From Novakomyces olei (taxonomy: Eukaryota), in assembly GCA_016906335.1 (NCBI GenBank), contig JADEYG010000002.1, forward strand, positions 434,001 to 498,000: 64,000 nt of DNA, in the 5' to 3' direction. Both the position numbers and the translations under genes were made by a program. A model generated the notes under the pieces. The model searched no databases, was not told the origin of the DNA, and worked only from the letters and a program-made list of their open reading frames with translations. Positions 61,526-64,000 of this stretch are shown piece after piece (position 1 is the first letter of the stretch; each line of letters opens with the position of its first letter).

Positions 61526-62429
61526 TCACGCACTAGCCTCCCATGCCTTGGAGAACTGTCCGAGGGCGGCAACTGTTCCAAAGACACCTACTGCCCCCTC
61601 GGAAAGAAGGCCTCTTGGTACAGACCAGTGCAAAGCCAGAGCAAAATAAGCCAAATTTACAACAACTTGACGTGTCCACTTCTTTGTCGCCGGGCTTGAA
61701 ACCTCCTTTTCATCTAATGGCTTTTCATTTTTTGAAGAATCGTCCTTTCTGCCGTGTCTAAACAGTGCAACCAACCGATTCCGCACGTCCACTGGGCACT
61801 CTATACCATCAAGAATTATAGACGAGAGCACATCAACCGCCCAAAACCGGCAGGACCAAATTGCCATATATTGTGACGATTCAGGCGCTAGATTGTAAAC
61901 ACCATGATAACTCAAATATGCTGCGTGTTCAAGGGGAAAATAACCAAAAAGGCTTGCGATCCTGACCCAAGTTAGAGTGTTGACTGCGTGATCGCTCCAG
62001 GAACTGGGCTTGTTTTTGCTTGCCATGGCAGCACGATGATTAATAGCCCACTGCACCATATCCAACAGCCCCGCAAACCTCATTGCTGTCCGCGCTTCTG
62101 AGCAGACCTCAGAAACGCGCCTTATCGCTGTTGCGAAGGCCAGTAGACGTGTAGCCGCGGCCGTCCAGGTCTTTTGTGTTACCACTATACTAGAGGTATT
62201 GCTAAAGAGCAAAGAAATTGCTGCTGACCGCTGGAGTTGGGGGCGTGTGGCAGCGCGTGAAACAACGGCAGCTAACAGCCGCAGAACGTAAGATATCACC
62301 ATAAGGACCCTGTCATAGCCATTGAGGGTCGAGCATAGTCTACAGTTAGTCTCTGGTAAGCAATGATTTGTAGGCATACCGAATACAATGCTGCAGTGTT
62401 TGCGGTGACACGAGTCTGCTTTGAATCAT
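61526..62429 (-). CDS. Pex11-family peroxisomal membrane protein, one intron
   Basis: GYDRVLM, SEARTAMRF, YFPLEH, WSCRFW, LALHWS motifs. Confidence 0.75.
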
Positions 62430-63598
62430 GGCTGGCTGGCTAGCTTCAAATTGGGATCCAATGTTAGAGGAGGTAATACAGCTAGCTGTCAAGGACGAAT
62501 GCGGGAATACTTGTGGGAACTAGGCATTGTTAATATTATTATTCTTTCGCTAAATTTTTGTTTGGGTGGAATTGGTTTCTAAGCCGATAAGATATGTACG
62601 CGAGTTTCATATATAAAGTATGCGAGCAGCAAAAGTAATATTGACAAAGATTTGAGGTGTACCAAAACCTGATTATGCACTTGTAAATTCGCGTCTTTGG
62701 CCTTATTTGATTGGCAGGCATGGAGAACAAGCGGTAGGCAGCAAGTAGGCTCCTCCAACATTAGAGACTTTTTCAAATGCCAGTCTCATATATCATATAT
62801 TATATTTACAAATTCTCCTCGTTTATTTTGCAAGTACGCCAAGTTAAAGCTATTTTGCACTTGCCTCTGTAAATTGCTCGAAACACAGCATATTAGCGCT
62901 CTTGCTTGCAAATGCCCACGGTAAAAGTGTGCTGAAGAAGGCGGCGTATTTGCTATGCAACTACTCGTGAAACTTTTTGTCAGCTTTGCACAGCTGATGC
63001 AATATTACTGGTCTCATTACTGGCTGATTTTATAAGCGGACGGGGCCCGTCCGTGTAGTGGCAGCCATGTTGCTCCGATTCAGCGTATCTCACAGCGATT
63101 TTCATTTTATAATTTGACGTCTTTCCAATATTTGGAATATTTCCTGTATGCAATGCAATGTATCTTATCTGCCTTCTTGCATATAAATTTTCATTTCATA
63201 CAAGTCGATGAGTAATCAGTCTACTACGATACGCTTAGTGTATAATAAACGATGTTAAACCTATAAAAGTCTAATGTATGTATTTAAAAGTCATTTTCCA
63301 CCTTCCAATAAGTTTGTACTAGCGCTGTCTTTCTTCTTGCTGATATCGATTGAAAGAAGATTTTACTTGATTAGCATCGTGACAAAGTTGTATTCTAATA
63401 TTGAATCAAAGCAGTGCCAACTCAAGCTCTTTAATACTGCTCTCTGGAGCATAAGTAAAACTGTAAAATAGATGAAACTCAAACTGGTCCATTCTTTTGG
63501 AACCATTCCCTAAAGGTTGATCGCTCCCACGCAGTAAATCCTCGCGTTTTATTCGTCTTCGATTGAGACCATTGATTATCGCATGCAATCTTCGTAAC

Positions 63599-64000
63599 TT
63601 AATAGTCTGCTACCGGAATTTTACCGACTGCTCTCGCGTCTTTGGCAGAGGTCAAGCTGCTTTCTTTTTTTTTAAGTCTCGGTAATAATTTAAGAACTAA
63701 ATCATTCATACAATCAAGATAATAAGGGACAGATTTATTCTTTGGATTATCGAGATAGGTAAGGGAGCAGAACGTCCCACATTCGTTTAACAACGAAGTA
63801 ATGTTCATATTTGAGTTGATTAGAGGACAATATAGCGCTTGGGAAGCATTAGCATAGGCCTCAGCTTTTCCCTCTCCTCTCTTATGGAGCTCTGAATTAA
63901 ATCCCTTTTTGCCTTCCCCTCCTCTATTTTCTCCATACTGACGGATAATGTCAATGTATTCTCCGGAGGAGACCTCGCTTATAGGAAGCTATAGAGCTGA
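63599..64000 (-). pseudogene. Paralog of the 50655-51251 precursor (5' end outside the window), in-frame TAG at 63989-63991
   Basis: SAL*LPISEVSSGEYIDIIRQYGENRGGEGKKGFNSELHKR followed by a different Cys-containing domain. Confidence 0.75.

Overview
Eukaryotic (ascomycete fungal, yeast-like, with very short 39-51 nt introns) DNA in two sharply different halves. About 0.7-36.2 kb is a gene-free pile of nested LTR retrotransposons (candidate centromere/heterochromatin). It holds two full-length Ty3/gypsy chromoviruses (A 1167-8070, B 11327-18280, both minus strand with 5-bp TSDs), at least five Ty1/copia families, and many solo, truncated or inverted LTRs. About 37-64 kb is ordinary single-copy genes: GH76 DCW1/DFG5-like, GH128, DUF1640, VPS9-ankyrin, FBA1, bL9m-like, ZIP transporter, Ams2-like GATA factor, Sec14-family and Pex11-like. 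It also holds two paralogs of a secreted Kex2-type precursor with a conserved pro-region and a strongly diverged mature domain. The main observation is that both chromoviruses carry a homologous extra ANTISENSE gene between pol and the 3' LTR, encoding a Zn(II)2Cys6-type (C-X2-C-X6-C-X12-C-X2-C-X6-C) domain plus a leucine-zipper-like tail. The gypsy elements also show covarying self-priming PBS/LTR complementarity. The copia elements share a PBS matching the anticodon half of tRNA-Lys(CUU), and two families have TA...CA LTR ends. Family letters (A-J) are my own labels; all comparisons were made by eye.
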